Shown piece by piece: positions 7,165-17,650 of a DNA stretch of 40,783 bases (positions are counted from its first letter, which is position 1; every line of letters starts with the position of its first letter). The notes beneath the pieces were generated by a model, which worked only from the letters and a program-made list of their open reading frames with translations, did no database searches and was not told the DNA's origin. This DNA is from Candidatus Thorarchaeota archaeon (GTDB lineage: Archaea > Asgardarchaeota > Thorarchaeia > Thorarchaeales > Thorarchaeaceae): assembly GCA_048882385.1 (NCBI GenBank), contig JBHLRQ010000019.1, forward strand, positions 1 through 40,783, written 5' to 3'. Made by a program: the position numbers and the translations under genes.

Positions 7165-8055
7165 ATGTTAACAATGGAGATAAAAAAGATTGCTGTTTTG
7201 GGTGCAGGTCTCATGGGAAATGGAATTGCCCATGTATGTGCTCAAGCAGGCTATGAAGTTAAGATGCGAGATATTGACCAGAAGTTCATTGACAATGGTT
7301 TGAGTATGATTAAGAAGAACTTGGAGCGAGGGCTCAAGAAAGGTAGCATCACTCAAGAGGAGATTGATACCATCCTTGGAAGGATAAAAGGAGTTCTAGA
7401 TCTCAAAGAGGCTGTCAAAGATGCAGATCTCGTAATCGAAGCAATTCCAGAAATCGTTAGCCTAAAACTTGACAACTGGAAAATGGCGGAGGATGCTGCA
7501 CCAGAACATGCCATTTTTGCTTCAAATACTTCAAGCATCAGTATCACGCAAATGGCGGCCGTTACTAAGAGACCTGAGAAGTTCATCGGGATGCATTTCT
7601 TCAATCCAGTTCCAGTTATGGGACTTGTCGAAATAATTAGAGGGCAAGCCACCGACGACGAGACCGTGAAAGTAATTGTCGATGTTTCCAAAAAACTTGG
7701 CAAAGAAACCGTGTTAGTCAATGAAGCACCAGGTTTTGCTGTGAATCGGATACTTGTTCCAGCATTACTTGAAGCTGTTTTCGCTATTCAGGAAGGAGTA
7801 GCAACAGTGGAAGATATGGATACATCGATTCGGCTTGGATTGAATTGGCCTATGGGTCCATTGACATTGCTTGACTTTGTCGGTCTTGATACAGCGCTCC
7901 ACATTTCAGACTATTTTGTTGATGAGTTCAAGGACAGCAAGTATGGAGCACCTACTTTACTCAGGAAAATGGTCCGGGCTGGATGGTTGGGCAGGAAATC
8001 AGGAATGGGTTTCTACGACTACTCAAGCGAGAAACCAAAACCAAATAGATTCTAA
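7165..8055 (+). CDS. hbd: 3-hydroxybutyryl-CoA / 3-hydroxyacyl-CoA dehydrogenase
   Basis: GAGLMGNGIA, EAIPE, ASNTSS, GMHFFNPVP, PMGPL, GRKSGMGFYDY. Confidence 0.93.
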   Translation: MLTMEIKKIAVLGAGLMGNGIAHVCAQAGYEVKMRDIDQKFIDNGLSMIKKNLERGLKKGSITQEEIDTILGRIKGVLDLKEAVKDADLVIEAIPEIVSLKLDNWKMAEDAAPEHAIFASNTSSISITQMAAVTKRPEKFIGMHFFNPVPVMGLVEIIRGQATDDETVKVIVDVSKKLGKETVLVNEAPGFAVNRILVPALLEAVFAIQEGVATVEDMDTSIRLGLNWPMGPLTLLDFVGLDTALHISDYFVDEFKDSKYGAPTLLRKMVRAGWLGRKSGMGFYDYSSEKPKPNRF

Positions 8056-8142
8056 TTCACTAACTCTGAATGGCCTATACGGGCCAGTCATCCTCTTGTT
8101 TTCATACGAGGATACATATCTGGTAAGGAAACATGACTCGAT

Positions 8143-8994
8143 GTGGTTGTATTGAAGTACGAAGAAAGCAAGTACATTGGTTTCGATGGCACACGGATGT
8201 TCATGGCAGTGTATCGCCCGGATGACGATAAACCAAGAGCACTAGTGGTTCTCCTTCATGGTCTGGGAAGTCATGCAGGGGATTTTACCAATGTGGGAGA
8301 GTATTTGGCAGAGAGGGGAATTGCAGCTTTCGTTCCAGATCTGCGTGGATTCGGACATTATTCTGGAGTGAAAGGGCATGTGATGAGTTTTGAGGAGTAT
8401 ATCGAAGACATCCAGAACCTTGTGATGCAGGTCAAGGACAGATACCTGAACAAGATTACCTACCTGCTTGGATCCTCAATGGGAGGAATAATTGCTGTAG
8501 GGTATATTACGAGATACCCGCGAACACTGGATGGTTTACTCCTTCAATGCCCTGGAGTCAGTACAACTATAGAAATCGGAAAAGGCAGCTATGCCGCTAC
8601 AAAGGTCCTATCTGTTCTCAATGTGAAGCGGTTTTTCCCATTAAATCCCGATTATACTGAAACATCCCGTAATCATGAAACTGTGGAACGCCATAAAACA
8701 GATCCTCTAAGATTTGAGATGATTAGTCCACGATTTGCCATAGAAATGCTCTCAGCATCGAGAGAGACCTTTCGCTCAGCTCCACGGATTGTTCTGCCGG
8801 TGCTCATCCAGCAAGCAGGTCAAGACAATGCCACGATGCCTGAAAAGAATAAGGAGTTCTTTGACAACATCTCTTCAGCTGACAAGACATGGAAACTCTA
8901 TGAGGACCTTTTTCATGAAATTCATGAAGAACCTGAGAGTAAGCAGGTACTAGGAGACCTCTATCATTGGCTTGATACCCGTCTTCCTTCTTAG
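8143..8994 (+). CDS. Alpha/beta hydrolase (lysophospholipase/monoacylglycerol lipase-like)
   Basis: HGLGSH, DLRGFG, GSSMGG nucleophile elbow, HEIHEEP. Confidence 0.88.
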   Translation: MVVLKYEESKYIGFDGTRMFMAVYRPDDDKPRALVVLLHGLGSHAGDFTNVGEYLAERGIAAFVPDLRGFGHYSGVKGHVMSFEEYIEDIQNLVMQVKDRYLNKITYLLGSSMGGIIAVGYITRYPRTLDGLLLQCPGVSTTIEIGKGSYAATKVLSVLNVKRFFPLNPDYTETSRNHETVERHKTDPLRFEMISPRFAIEMLSASRETFRSAPRIVLPVLIQQAGQDNATMPEKNKEFFDNISSADKTWKLYEDLFHEIHEEPESKQVLGDLYHWLDTRLPS

Positions 8995-11813
8995 TCTAGT
9001 TTTTCCCTTGACTGTCGAAACCTCCCAAAGATAATGTGAGGTGGAATCAAGAGAGCTGGAAGACTTGTTAGGAGAATCACACCCCAGTCAATTGCATTGA
9101 TTGGGACAGTTTCAAACAACGCAGCCATTGGTGGAAAATAGATTGTCATTAGCGTGAGTATCACTGATATTGCAACCGCACCCATCAGTACCTTGGAACC
9201 TCTGATTTCAGTTCTCCAGACAGGATGGTATTCGTCTCTACAATTCCAAACGAACAGTAGCTCGAAACAGACAACACTAGCAAAGACTGTTGTACGAGCA
9301 TGTGTTAAAACATGCTCCCAAGATAGTCCGGTGATTGATGATAGGTCAGATTGCCAATCAACTACAGGACCCGTAATTCCTGGGATCCAACCACCATAGA
9401 TTTGCAACGACCAAAAGAACACTATAATTGAAGCAAGGAATGCTGTGAATCCAGCAACAATGATGAAAGATGCCATCCCCTTATCCATCATTTTTGCTCC
9501 AGGTTTTCTAGGTTGTCTTTCCATTACTCCTGTTTCGGGAGGGTCGACTCCAAGTGCAAGTGCGGGAAATCCATCAGTAGCTAGATTGAGCCAGAGAATC
9601 TGTATAGCTGTGATTGGTAAAGGTAATCCCAGCATAATTACTGTGAATATTAGAAATACTTCATCGAAATTAGCCGCAAGGAGGAATCGGACGAACTTTC
9701 GGATATTGGAATAGATCTCTCTTCCTTTTTCTACAGCTGAAACAATAGTTGCGAAGTTGTCATCCGTGAGGATAACATCAGATGCTTCTTTGGTAACATC
9801 TGCGCCTCTGATGCCCATCGATATACCCACATCTGCGGTCTTGATGGCAGGAGCATCATTGACACCATCACCTGTCATAGCTACTACTTCGTTATGGGCT
9901 TTCAGCACACTAACAATCTGTAATTTGTGTTCAGGAGCAACCCTTGCAAAAACATTGCAACGTTTGACAGCTTCATTGTATTCTGGGGGAGACAATCGAT
10001 CCAACTCAGTACCGCTAAGGACCTCACCTTCACGGTCAATCAATCCAACATCAATGGCAATGGCCTGAGCTGTCAGCTTATGGTCTCCAGTAATCATAAT
10101 TGGTCGAATACCTGCCATTTTACAGATTTTCATTGCAGTGCGAACTTCATCACGTGGTGGATCAATCATCCCAACGAGTCCAACGAAAATAAAATTCCTT
10201 TCAACTTTTTCAGGCTCCCAGTCAGGAATCTCCTCCTCAAGTGGACGATAAGCAAATGCAAGAACACGAAGTGCATTCTCAGCATAACCCGCATTTATTT
10301 CTACGATAGATTTACGCTCTTTCTCTGAGAGAGGACGGACTTGATTATTCTCGTAGACATGAGTGCATAGAGGTAATAGGACTTCTGGAGCGCCTTTTGC
10401 ATAGGCGAAAAGCTCACCTCTCCGATTCTGATTAATAGAGGTCATCCTCTTTCTGGCTGAATCAAAGGAGATCTCAGTCAGTTCAGTAAATTCAGAGAGT
10501 GTTGATTCATAGGTCTTACAAGCTTTCTCTGCCAAGACGAGTATCGCACCCTCAGTAGGGTCTCCAACAATACTAAAATCAGCTTTTCCCGAAACATCCG
10601 GTTGCAGAACAGAATTCGAACAGAGTTGACCTATTTCAAGAAGTTTGACAACATGTGGATCGTCGAGTGGGTCAAATCTCTCGCTGGCTCGAGTGAAAAT
10701 ACCCGCTCTGTTGTATCCTACTCCGCCAACAGAGATAGTCATACCATTGACAAACAAAGTAGTTGCAGTCATCTCGTTCTTCGTAATGGTTCCAGTCTTA
10801 TCTGAGCAGATGATTGTAGTTGAGCCCAGAGTTTCGACAGAAGGCAGTCTCCTAACAATCGCATTCTTTTGGACCATCCGTTGGACTCCAATAGCAAGTG
10901 TTATTGTCACGACAGCTGGCAAACCTTCAGGAATTGCAGATACAGCGAGAGCAATTGCAGCCAACAGAGCTTCCATTGTGCTTGCGGCTGCTGACTGAAT
11001 GATCTCAGCTCCAAAGACAATGATACAAAGTGCAATAATCAACAGACCAAGTTTCTTTCCGAGATCATCAAGATCGATCTGGAGAGGAGTCATAGTTCTC
11101 TCGCTCTCCTGAACAAGTTCAGCAATCTTTCCAAATTGAGTCTTCATTCCTGTTGAGGTCACAATGGCATTTCCTTTCCCTGCAGTGACAGTGGTTCCAG
11201 AGAAGACCATGTTCTTCATGTCACCGACAACAGGGCTCTGAAGATGAATTGGATCAATCATCTTTCTAACTGCAATAGATTCTCCAGTTAGTGGTGCTTC
11301 ATCAACAGAAAAGCTAACTGCGTACACCATTCGACCATCTGCTGGTATACGATCTCCAGCTTCAAAACCAATTAGGTCTCCAGGGACTATGTTTTTCGAT
11401 TCAACAACAGTCCATAGTCCATCTCGCATAACTCGTGCTTTTGGAGCGGCCATACTCTTCAAGGCTTCTAAGGCTTGCTCAGACTTGTATTCCTGCACGA
11501 ACCCGAATATTGCATTGAAGATGACAATCGCAAAAATGACGATTGCGTCTATCACACCACTCTCACCGTGACTAGGATCAAGAAATGATGTCATGAGAGA
11601 AATCCCGATAGCGATAATCAATATAATGACCATTGGATCCGCGAACTGTTGGAAAAACATGCGAAGTGGGCTAATACCACCTGTTTCGATTAGCTCATTA
11701 GATCCAAATTTCGTAAGTCTTGCTTCAGCCTCGGTGCTTGTGAGACCCTCATCCATAGAAGAGTCTAGTTGTTTCAAGACATAATCGATATCGTTGCTGT
11801 ACCACTCAGTCAT
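8991..11813 (-). CDS. P-type cation-transporting ATPase (type IIA, Ca2+-ATPase-like)
   Basis: TGES, IPEGL, CSDKTGT, KGAPE, TGDH, TGDGVNDAPA, LNLATDG. Confidence 0.95.
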   Translation of the reverse strand: MTEWYSNDIDYVLKQLDSSMDEGLTSTEAEARLTKFGSNELIETGGISPLRMFFQQFADPMVIILIIAIGISLMTSFLDPSHGESGVIDAIVIFAIVIFNAIFGFVQEYKSEQALEALKSMAAPKARVMRDGLWTVVESKNIVPGDLIGFEAGDRIPADGRMVYAVSFSVDEAPLTGESIAVRKMIDPIHLQSPVVGDMKNMVFSGTTVTAGKGNAIVTSTGMKTQFGKIAELVQESERTMTPLQIDLDDLGKKLGLLIIALCIIVFGAEIIQSAAASTMEALLAAIALAVSAIPEGLPAVVTITLAIGVQRMVQKNAIVRRLPSVETLGSTTIICSDKTGTITKNEMTATTLFVNGMTISVGGVGYNRAGIFTRASERFDPLDDPHVVKLLEIGQLCSNSVLQPDVSGKADFSIVGDPTEGAILVLAEKACKTYESTLSEFTELTEISFDSARKRMTSINQNRRGELFAYAKGAPEVLLPLCTHVYENNQVRPLSEKERKSIVEINAGYAENALRVLAFAYRPLEEEIPDWEPEKVERNFIFVGLVGMIDPPRDEVRTAMKICKMAGIRPIMITGDHKLTAQAIAIDVGLIDREGEVLSGTELDRLSPPEYNEAVKRCNVFARVAPEHKLQIVSVLKAHNEVVAMTGDGVNDAPAIKTADVGISMGIRGADVTKEASDVILTDDNFATIVSAVEKGREIYSNIRKFVRFLLAANFDEVFLIFTVIMLGLPLPITAIQILWLNLATDGFPALALGVDPPETGVMERQPRKPGAKMMDKGMASFIIVAGFTAFLASIIVFFWSLQIYGGWIPGITGPVVDWQSDLSSITGLSWEHVLTHARTTVFASVVCFELLFVWNCRDEYHPVWRTEIRGSKVLMGAVAISVILTLMTIYFPPMAALFETVPINAIDWGVILLTSLPALLIPPHIIFGRFRQSREKLD

Positions 11814-11981
11814 TTTCTATACTCCGAGTGCTGACAAAAGTCTACTCCAGAGAGTTGTTTTAATCGCAGAATGTCTGAATAAAAACCTCTCGACATGGGT
11901 AAATTTCCTGAGGGTTCGTTTCGAAAGTGTTAAAGCGAGTTAAAGATGAACGACCCCGAATCACAGTCTATAGGTGATGGC

Positions 11982-12587
11982 ATGACAGAGAAAGCAAAAT
12001 ACAACTTCAAATGTTTGGAGCATAAGTGTGAAACAAAAGCATGTCACATTAGACCTATCATCAATGTTACTCATAGGGACATTGCTAGATGGACAAAATT
12101 AGGATACTTAATGAATATCCTTCCCGGTCTCACATTGAACTTGCCCAAATCAGAAGAAGATCTGATTAGCATTGAGATGCTTCGCAAACCCCTTGAGAAT
12201 GACTCAGACACAACTGCGTGTGTCTTTTATAATGAGGGAGCTAATGCCTGTGAAATCAGATATTCACGCCCCATATCATGCAGAACATATCCCTTAGAAT
12301 ACAATGGAGAGAAGTATGTTCTCAGCTCAAAAGACTGTCCCGGTGTGGGTCAAGGCGAAGTCAGCAAAGAAGCGCTCCAAGAGGCTCGAAGTTTAGCAGA
12401 GCAAGAGTTCAATGAAAGAATTGAAACAATCTCATCATTACCTGTTATCTACACAATAATAATGAACCAGATGCTCAAACAATCCGCAGAAGCAATGCAG
12501 AATCTCTCTGAGAAAGACCGTATGAAGATGGATGAGATTCTTGGAAAGTCTTCAGCAGATAATGAGTCTACAGATCAAGCTGAATGA
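11982..12587 (+). CDS. YkgJ-like cysteine-cluster (Fe-S/Zn) protein
   Basis: C..C..C near the N-terminus, CVFY..CEIRYSRPISCRTYP, CPGVG. AGGTGA precedes ATG 11982. Confidence 0.75.
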   Translation: MTEKAKYNFKCLEHKCETKACHIRPIINVTHRDIARWTKLGYLMNILPGLTLNLPKSEEDLISIEMLRKPLENDSDTTACVFYNEGANACEIRYSRPISCRTYPLEYNGEKYVLSSKDCPGVGQGEVSKEALQEARSLAEQEFNERIETISSLPVIYTIIMNQMLKQSAEAMQNLSEKDRMKMDEILGKSSADNESTDQAE

Positions 12588-13668
12588 GCTCTCGAGATGT
12601 GAATGTTAATACGTCGAGACCAGTTTCTCTTATACAAACAAGGTCCTCTATTCGAATACCAAACTTGCCTTCTAGATAGATTCCAGGTTCAATACTGTGA
12701 CACATTCCAGGTTGAAGTATTTCTGAACTCCCTCTGACAATATAAGGAGGCTCATGTACTTCAAGTCCAATACCGTGACCCAACCGATGAGTGAAATTTT
12801 CACCGAAACCAGCATCGTCAATTATTCTTCTTGCAAGACCATCTGCTGCTCCACATGATATTCCTGCTCGGACCTTCTCCAAGGCGGTTTCGACCGCCAA
12901 AAGAACTGTAGAATAAACTCGTTGAATCTCCTCCGTTGGCTCTCCAACAACCCCTACACGTGTCATGTCAGTGTTGTATCCTTCAAGGGAGCAACCACAG
13001 TCCATAAGGACTACATCTCCCTTTTTGAGTTGCCTACTTCCAGGCGAGGCATGAGGTAGTGCACTGTTTTCACCAAATTGAATTGCGGCAAATGTGGGGA
13101 CGGCACCTTGGCGACGAATCTCTTTCTGAACGATTTCTTGAACATCCAACTCAGTCATTCCTAGTTCTATCTCGGCAAAAGCTTTTGATACAGCATCATC
13201 TATTATATGTCCAGTTTTCTTCATGAATTCGAGCTCTGTTTTGGACTTAGAAACTCGCATTTGGTCAATGACCGGAGTGATTGATGCGGAATCCCTGAAA
13301 CCAGCAATTGCTCTCTCTAGAGACCAATACACACCAAGAGGAATTGAGTCATCAAGAAGAGCGATTTTGTTTGTGCCAACCAAGTCAGCAATCATTTCGT
13401 ATGGATTCTCATCCTCAGCCCAAGAAAGGAATTCTTTGATCCATGTGTGAGAAGAATGGTCAGCAACTTCAAAAGCTGGAGAAACTATGACTGGAGCTTC
13501 ATCCTTTCTAATCACAAGCGCAATAAGCCGCTCATGCATCTCATACTTGAATCCAGCCAAGTATTGAAAACTTGGGGCGGGAGTCAGAAAAGCAAAGTCA
13601 GCACTAGAGGCGTTAATATGCTTCTGTACTTGGTTCATTCTTTTGATGTAAACCGATTCGTCGAGCAA
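12568..13668 (-). CDS. Xaa-Pro peptidase (M24 family)
   Basis: ALPH, MDCG, TDMTR, HRLGHGIGLEVHEPP, IEPGIY, GIRIED. Confidence 0.93.
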   Translation of the reverse strand: MLDESVYIKRMNQVQKHINASSADFAFLTPAPSFQYLAGFKYEMHERLIALVIRKDEAPVIVSPAFEVADHSSHTWIKEFLSWAEDENPYEMIADLVGTNKIALLDDSIPLGVYWSLERAIAGFRDSASITPVIDQMRVSKSKTELEFMKKTGHIIDDAVSKAFAEIELGMTELDVQEIVQKEIRRQGAVPTFAAIQFGENSALPHASPGSRQLKKGDVVLMDCGCSLEGYNTDMTRVGVVGEPTEEIQRVYSTVLLAVETALEKVRAGISCGAADGLARRIIDDAGFGENFTHRLGHGIGLEVHEPPYIVRGSSEILQPGMCHSIEPGIYLEGKFGIRIEDLVCIRETGLDVLTFTSRELIQLDL

Positions 13669-13780
13669 TTCCAGCTCTCACAACCAGAAACAATATAGAA
13701 AGCACTGCAATTAACAATGACGGTTAGCTCATTACAGAAGAATTACAGTTAATAGGAGGACACAGTGCCTCGGTTTCAGA

Positions 13781-15163
13781 ATGGAAGAAGAAGTGACATC
13801 CTCTGAACCAGAGAGCTATAAACTCCAGAAATTGCCTGCGAGTGCGTATATTGTAGGAGCGCTCACTCAGTTTGCCGTAGGTTTGCATTCCCCATTTCTC
13901 TCAGCGTATCTTATTGATATGCAAGAATATCTCTATGGGGCTCAAAATTTCGCAGAACAAGGTGCCTTTCGGAGTGTGGGAAATTTCGCCCCTACACTTC
14001 TGCAGCCTCTTTGGGGTGGGACATCAGATAGGGTTGGACATACAAAGGCATTTGTTGCTTTTGGTACACTTACTGGATTGCTAGTTGTCTACATGTTCTT
14101 GTGGGCATCCACTCCGATTGAATTAATCATCCTCTATACCATTCAATCAATTTTATTCAGTATTCAGATTCCAACATGGCTCTCACTTATTGGAGGTCTG
14201 ATGAATGAAGAGAACCGCGGGATAGAGCTCGGTAAACTTGGGTTGGTAACTAATATTGCTTCTTTAACAGCAACCCTGATTTCCGGTTTTATCGCAGTAT
14301 TACCAGGTCTTGTTCCAATTCTAAGAGGTTTGTTGGGAGAATTACTATTTCCAGTCCAGTCCTCAGCTGATTTATGGCGTGAAACATACTACGGAGCGTT
14401 CTTCTTTGCAGCGGTTGTGGGGATTGTTTCATCTGTTCTTTCCTTAAGAATTAGGGAAAGTCCAAGGAAAAGAGATGGACCTCGAAAATTCCCTCCTATG
14501 CTTAGATTAATTTCTAAGCCAGGGGAGTTTAGACGATTCTGCTTTGTAGCCATCTTCTTCTCATTTGCGATGTCAATGGCTTGGCCCTATTTCATAGTTG
14601 TTCAAAAGACTTGGCTCGGTAATTCAAATCTTGAGATAGCAATTGCATCTGCGGTTATGACCATGTCCATAGTTTTGTTTACAGTTCCTTTTGGCAGATT
14701 GAGTGATAGAGTTGGTAGGAAACCCTTGATAGTTCTTGGACGAGGTCTCCTATTTCTCGTTCCTATAATGTACGCATTCGCTTCAGATGTATACATGGTG
14801 TATGCAGCTAATGTACTCGCTGGCTTTTGTGTTGCATCGGGGATGAATGCTATCACTGCATATATCTATGACATTTCTCCTGATGATGAGCGAGGATCTC
14901 ATCTCGCAGTGTATAATACCTTCACAGGAATTGTATATACATGCGGTACATTGCTAGCAGGTATCTTTGGAGAAGCTATCAGGTTAGTCTTTGGTAGTGA
15001 GTATCTATCTGTTTTCATTATGCTTATTCTTAGTGGATTATTGAGGTTCATTGCATCTTTCTTCTACCTGCTCATCAGGGAACCTCGAGAATATTCATCG
15101 ACTCTGTGGCTCGAATTGAGGGCGATTCTTCCAAGTAGACGTCATGATGCAGACCACGTCTAA
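13781..15163 (+). CDS. MFS transporter
   Basis: GGTSDRVG and GRLSDRVGRK motif A in both halves; about 12 TM segments. Confidence 0.9.
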   Translation: MEEEVTSSEPESYKLQKLPASAYIVGALTQFAVGLHSPFLSAYLIDMQEYLYGAQNFAEQGAFRSVGNFAPTLLQPLWGGTSDRVGHTKAFVAFGTLTGLLVVYMFLWASTPIELIILYTIQSILFSIQIPTWLSLIGGLMNEENRGIELGKLGLVTNIASLTATLISGFIAVLPGLVPILRGLLGELLFPVQSSADLWRETYYGAFFFAAVVGIVSSVLSLRIRESPRKRDGPRKFPPMLRLISKPGEFRRFCFVAIFFSFAMSMAWPYFIVVQKTWLGNSNLEIAIASAVMTMSIVLFTVPFGRLSDRVGRKPLIVLGRGLLFLVPIMYAFASDVYMVYAANVLAGFCVASGMNAITAYIYDISPDDERGSHLAVYNTFTGIVYTCGTLLAGIFGEAIRLVFGSEYLSVFIMLILSGLLRFIASFFYLLIREPREYSSTLWLELRAILPSRRHDADHV

Positions 15164-15219
15164 AATAGACATACTTAAGGAGATGTGGGGGAAAACTAAA
15201 CGCCGTACTTACGAGAGGT

Positions 15220-15582
15220 TTGTGTCAGTTGGAAAAAGGACCGAGCTTTGAAGAGAGCTGGAAAATTGAAATCAGAAGAGGTATTCTTCAGTACGCGGTC
15301 CTGGCAATTGTTAAACTTCATGAGGAAGGAATTCATGGGTATGGAATTGCACGAGAACTCGAAGAGAGAACTGATGGTCTTCTACAGGTGAAAGAAGGTA
15401 CACTTTATCCGATTCTGCACAGACTTCGCAAAGAACGACTTTTCAATGTCCGCACAGAGAAATCCGAGTCTGGACCTAGTAGGAAGGTCTACGTTCTTAC
15501 TGGAGAGGGTGATCGAGTCTATCGCCAATTGACAATCGTCGTTGGGGATATTTTTGAAAAACTGGAGGCTCTTAGGAAATGA
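15220..15582 (+). CDS. PadR-family transcriptional regulator
   Basis: RRGILQYAVL, HGYGI, EGTLYPILHRL, RKVYVLT. Start may be the second TTG. Confidence 0.9.
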   Translation: MCQLEKGPSFEESWKIEIRRGILQYAVLAIVKLHEEGIHGYGIARELEERTDGLLQVKEGTLYPILHRLRKERLFNVRTEKSESGPSRKVYVLTGEGDRVYRQLTIVVGDIFEKLEALRK

Positions 15583-16025
15583 GTGAAGATGAGATTAGAC
15601 ACCTCGTTGAAGGGTATCTAAAAAAGACCGAACGACTCTTGCCGTCTGGTTTTGAAACAGAGGATCTGATTGAAGACTTGAGGTCTCACATTCATGATTC
15701 ATTCAATGACAAAGTCTTGAAACGACCATCTGAAGTATATGTGAAGCTAATAAACGAGGTTCTTGATGAGCTTGGAACCCCTGAAGAGATTGCTGAACAA
15801 TATGGGAAGGAGCAATTAGTTGAGAGAGACAAAAGGGATTTTGCAGACAGGTGGATCTACTACACAATGAGGTTGACTGCAGCTATTCTAGTGGTTGTGA
15901 TTGCATCATGGATTGCATCAATGATAACAGACGGAGCAGTGGATTTCAATCTTGCAGTGATCGTTCTTCTCTTCTTTGCTGTTCTCGAATGGTATGTCAG
16001 AACCCAGCAAACTAAGGATGCATAG
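15579..16025 (+). CDS. HAAS-domain two-TM membrane protein
   Basis: YL..L..IEDLRSHI..VLDELGTPEEIA followed by two TM helices; ATGA overlap with padR. Confidence 0.75.
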   Translation: MSEDEIRHLVEGYLKKTERLLPSGFETEDLIEDLRSHIHDSFNDKVLKRPSEVYVKLINEVLDELGTPEEIAEQYGKEQLVERDKRDFADRWIYYTMRLTAAILVVVIASWIASMITDGAVDFNLAVIVLLFFAVLEWYVRTQQTKDA

Positions 16026-16029
16026 AATC

Positions 16030-16599
16030 ATGGGAGTAAAAACACATTATTTTGATGAAGCATCTCCAGAGCACAGCTCAAAGGTTCTTTCGCTTGTTCG
16101 AGAATATCTGAAAGATAGTCCTGAAGTTGAGCATGTAGTTGTAGCGACAACTGAAGGAACAACAGGAATAGCAGCAGCCAAAGAATTCTCATCCAAGAAC
16201 GTGGTCATTGTATCTCATCAAACTGGATTTGCGAAAGAGAATGAAAACGAACTGAGTGATTTAAACCGTGCAGAGATAGAGAAACATGGAGCTAAAGTTT
16301 TGACAGCAACCCATGTTTTTGCTGGAGTTGCTAGGAGTTTTCGCAAACAGCTTGGGACTTGGATGCCAACTGAAATCGTGGCTGTTGCTTTGAGAATATT
16401 TGGCCAAGGGACAAAAGTATGTGCAGAAATAGCCATGATGGCAGCGGATGCAGGTCTCATTCCTGTAGACAAAGATGTTGTATGCATAGGGGGTACAGGA
16501 CGAGGCGCTGATACAGCTTGGGTAGTTCGTCCTGCAAACTCTGATGCGTTTCCAAAATTAAGGATGAAAGCCTGTATATGTAAGCCTCTTGAGTTCTAG
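16030..16599 (+). CDS. Stand-alone pyruvate kinase C-terminal (PK_C, MTH1675-like) protein
   Basis: [46 protein letters not shown]. Confidence 0.85.
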   Translation: MGVKTHYFDEASPEHSSKVLSLVREYLKDSPEVEHVVVATTEGTTGIAAAKEFSSKNVVIVSHQTGFAKENENELSDLNRAEIEKHGAKVLTATHVFAGVARSFRKQLGTWMPTEIVAVALRIFGQGTKVCAEIAMMAADAGLIPVDKDVVCIGGTGRGADTAWVVRPANSDAFPKLRMKACICKPLEF

Positions 16600-17630
16600 T
16601 CAAAGACTTCATCGAATTTCTTCAAGAATTCTTTCTGTTCTTTGTTCAGCTTTCGTGGGATTTTGATGTTCACTCGTACCAACTGATCACCACTCCGACC
16701 ATCTTCTGTATGGACACCCTTACCCTTCATACGGAACAGAGTTCCACTTTCAGTTCCACTCTTCACCTTAACTTTGCTGTTTCCCCACATTGTGGGTACC
16801 TCAACTTCACCACCCAGAACAGCAATAGAGAACGGGATGTCTGTTTCCATATACACATGTAGACCTCTTCTCACAAAGAATTCATGGGGTTTGACTGCGA
16901 ACATCAAGATGAGGTCTCCATGCGGACCACCCCTCTCGCCTGCATTTCCTCCACCCTGAATCCTAATTCCTTGTCCATCTTCGACTCCAGGAGGTATAGG
17001 AATCTTAGTTTCTTTTCTTTCGTCGACAATTCCTGAGCCACGACACTCAAGGCAGGGAGTATCAATTGACTCACCAAGTCCTCTGCATGTTGGACAGGTC
17101 TGAGCAACACTCATGAACCCACCCATCGATCTGACTACCTGTCCTTGTCCTCCGCAAGTTCTGCAGCGAACTGGTTGAGTACCTGGTTTTGCACCGCTTC
17201 CATTGCATTTGGAACACTGGACCTTCCTTCGAAAGGCAAGCTCTTTCTCAGTCCCGAAGAACGCCTCTTCAAAGGACAGGTTAATCGACATACGCAGAGT
17301 CTGGCCGGAAGGAGGTCCAGCTCGACCTCTCTGACCAAAACCTCCAAAACCTCCAAATCCTCTGAAGATGGAGCTGAATATGTCTCCGAACCCATCCATG
17401 TTTATGCCTTGAAAATCAGCAGTCCCATAGCGATCATAGTTGGCTCGTTTTTCAGGATCGCTAAGCACATCATAGGCTTCATTCACTCTTTTTAGTTTCT
17501 CTTGGGCACTAGGATCAGGATTACGATCTGGGTGATACTCCTTAGCTAATCTTCGATAAGCCTTCTTGATATCGTCTTGCGTAGCACTACGACTTACACC
17601 AAGCAGTTCATAGTAGTCATCTTCAGCCAC
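16596..17630 (-). CDS. dnaJ: Chaperone DnaJ
   Basis: J-domain with HPD, G/F region, four CxxCxGxG repeats. Confidence 0.97.
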   Translation of the reverse strand: MAEDDYYELLGVSRSATQDDIKKAYRRLAKEYHPDRNPDPSAQEKLKRVNEAYDVLSDPEKRANYDRYGTADFQGINMDGFGDIFSSIFRGFGGFGGFGQRGRAGPPSGQTLRMSINLSFEEAFFGTEKELAFRRKVQCSKCNGSGAKPGTQPVRCRTCGGQGQVVRSMGGFMSVAQTCPTCRGLGESIDTPCLECRGSGIVDERKETKIPIPPGVEDGQGIRIQGGGNAGERGGPHGDLILMFAVKPHEFFVRRGLHVYMETDIPFSIAVLGGEVEVPTMWGNSKVKVKSGTESGTLFRMKGKGVHTEDGRSGDQLVRVNIKIPRKLNKEQKEFLKKFDEVFD

Positions 17631-17650
17631 AGAGTATCACCCATCGTTGA

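Noticed and set aside
9154-11784. Many plus-strand ORFs inside the ATPase, and similar nested ORFs inside dnaK and the proteases
   Set aside because: Antisense or alternate-frame shadows of well-supported genes, without motifs.
11800-11835. CIRCE-like half site GAGTGCTGA at the ATPase start
   Set aside because: No matching left arm at 9-bp spacing; it overlaps the RBS.
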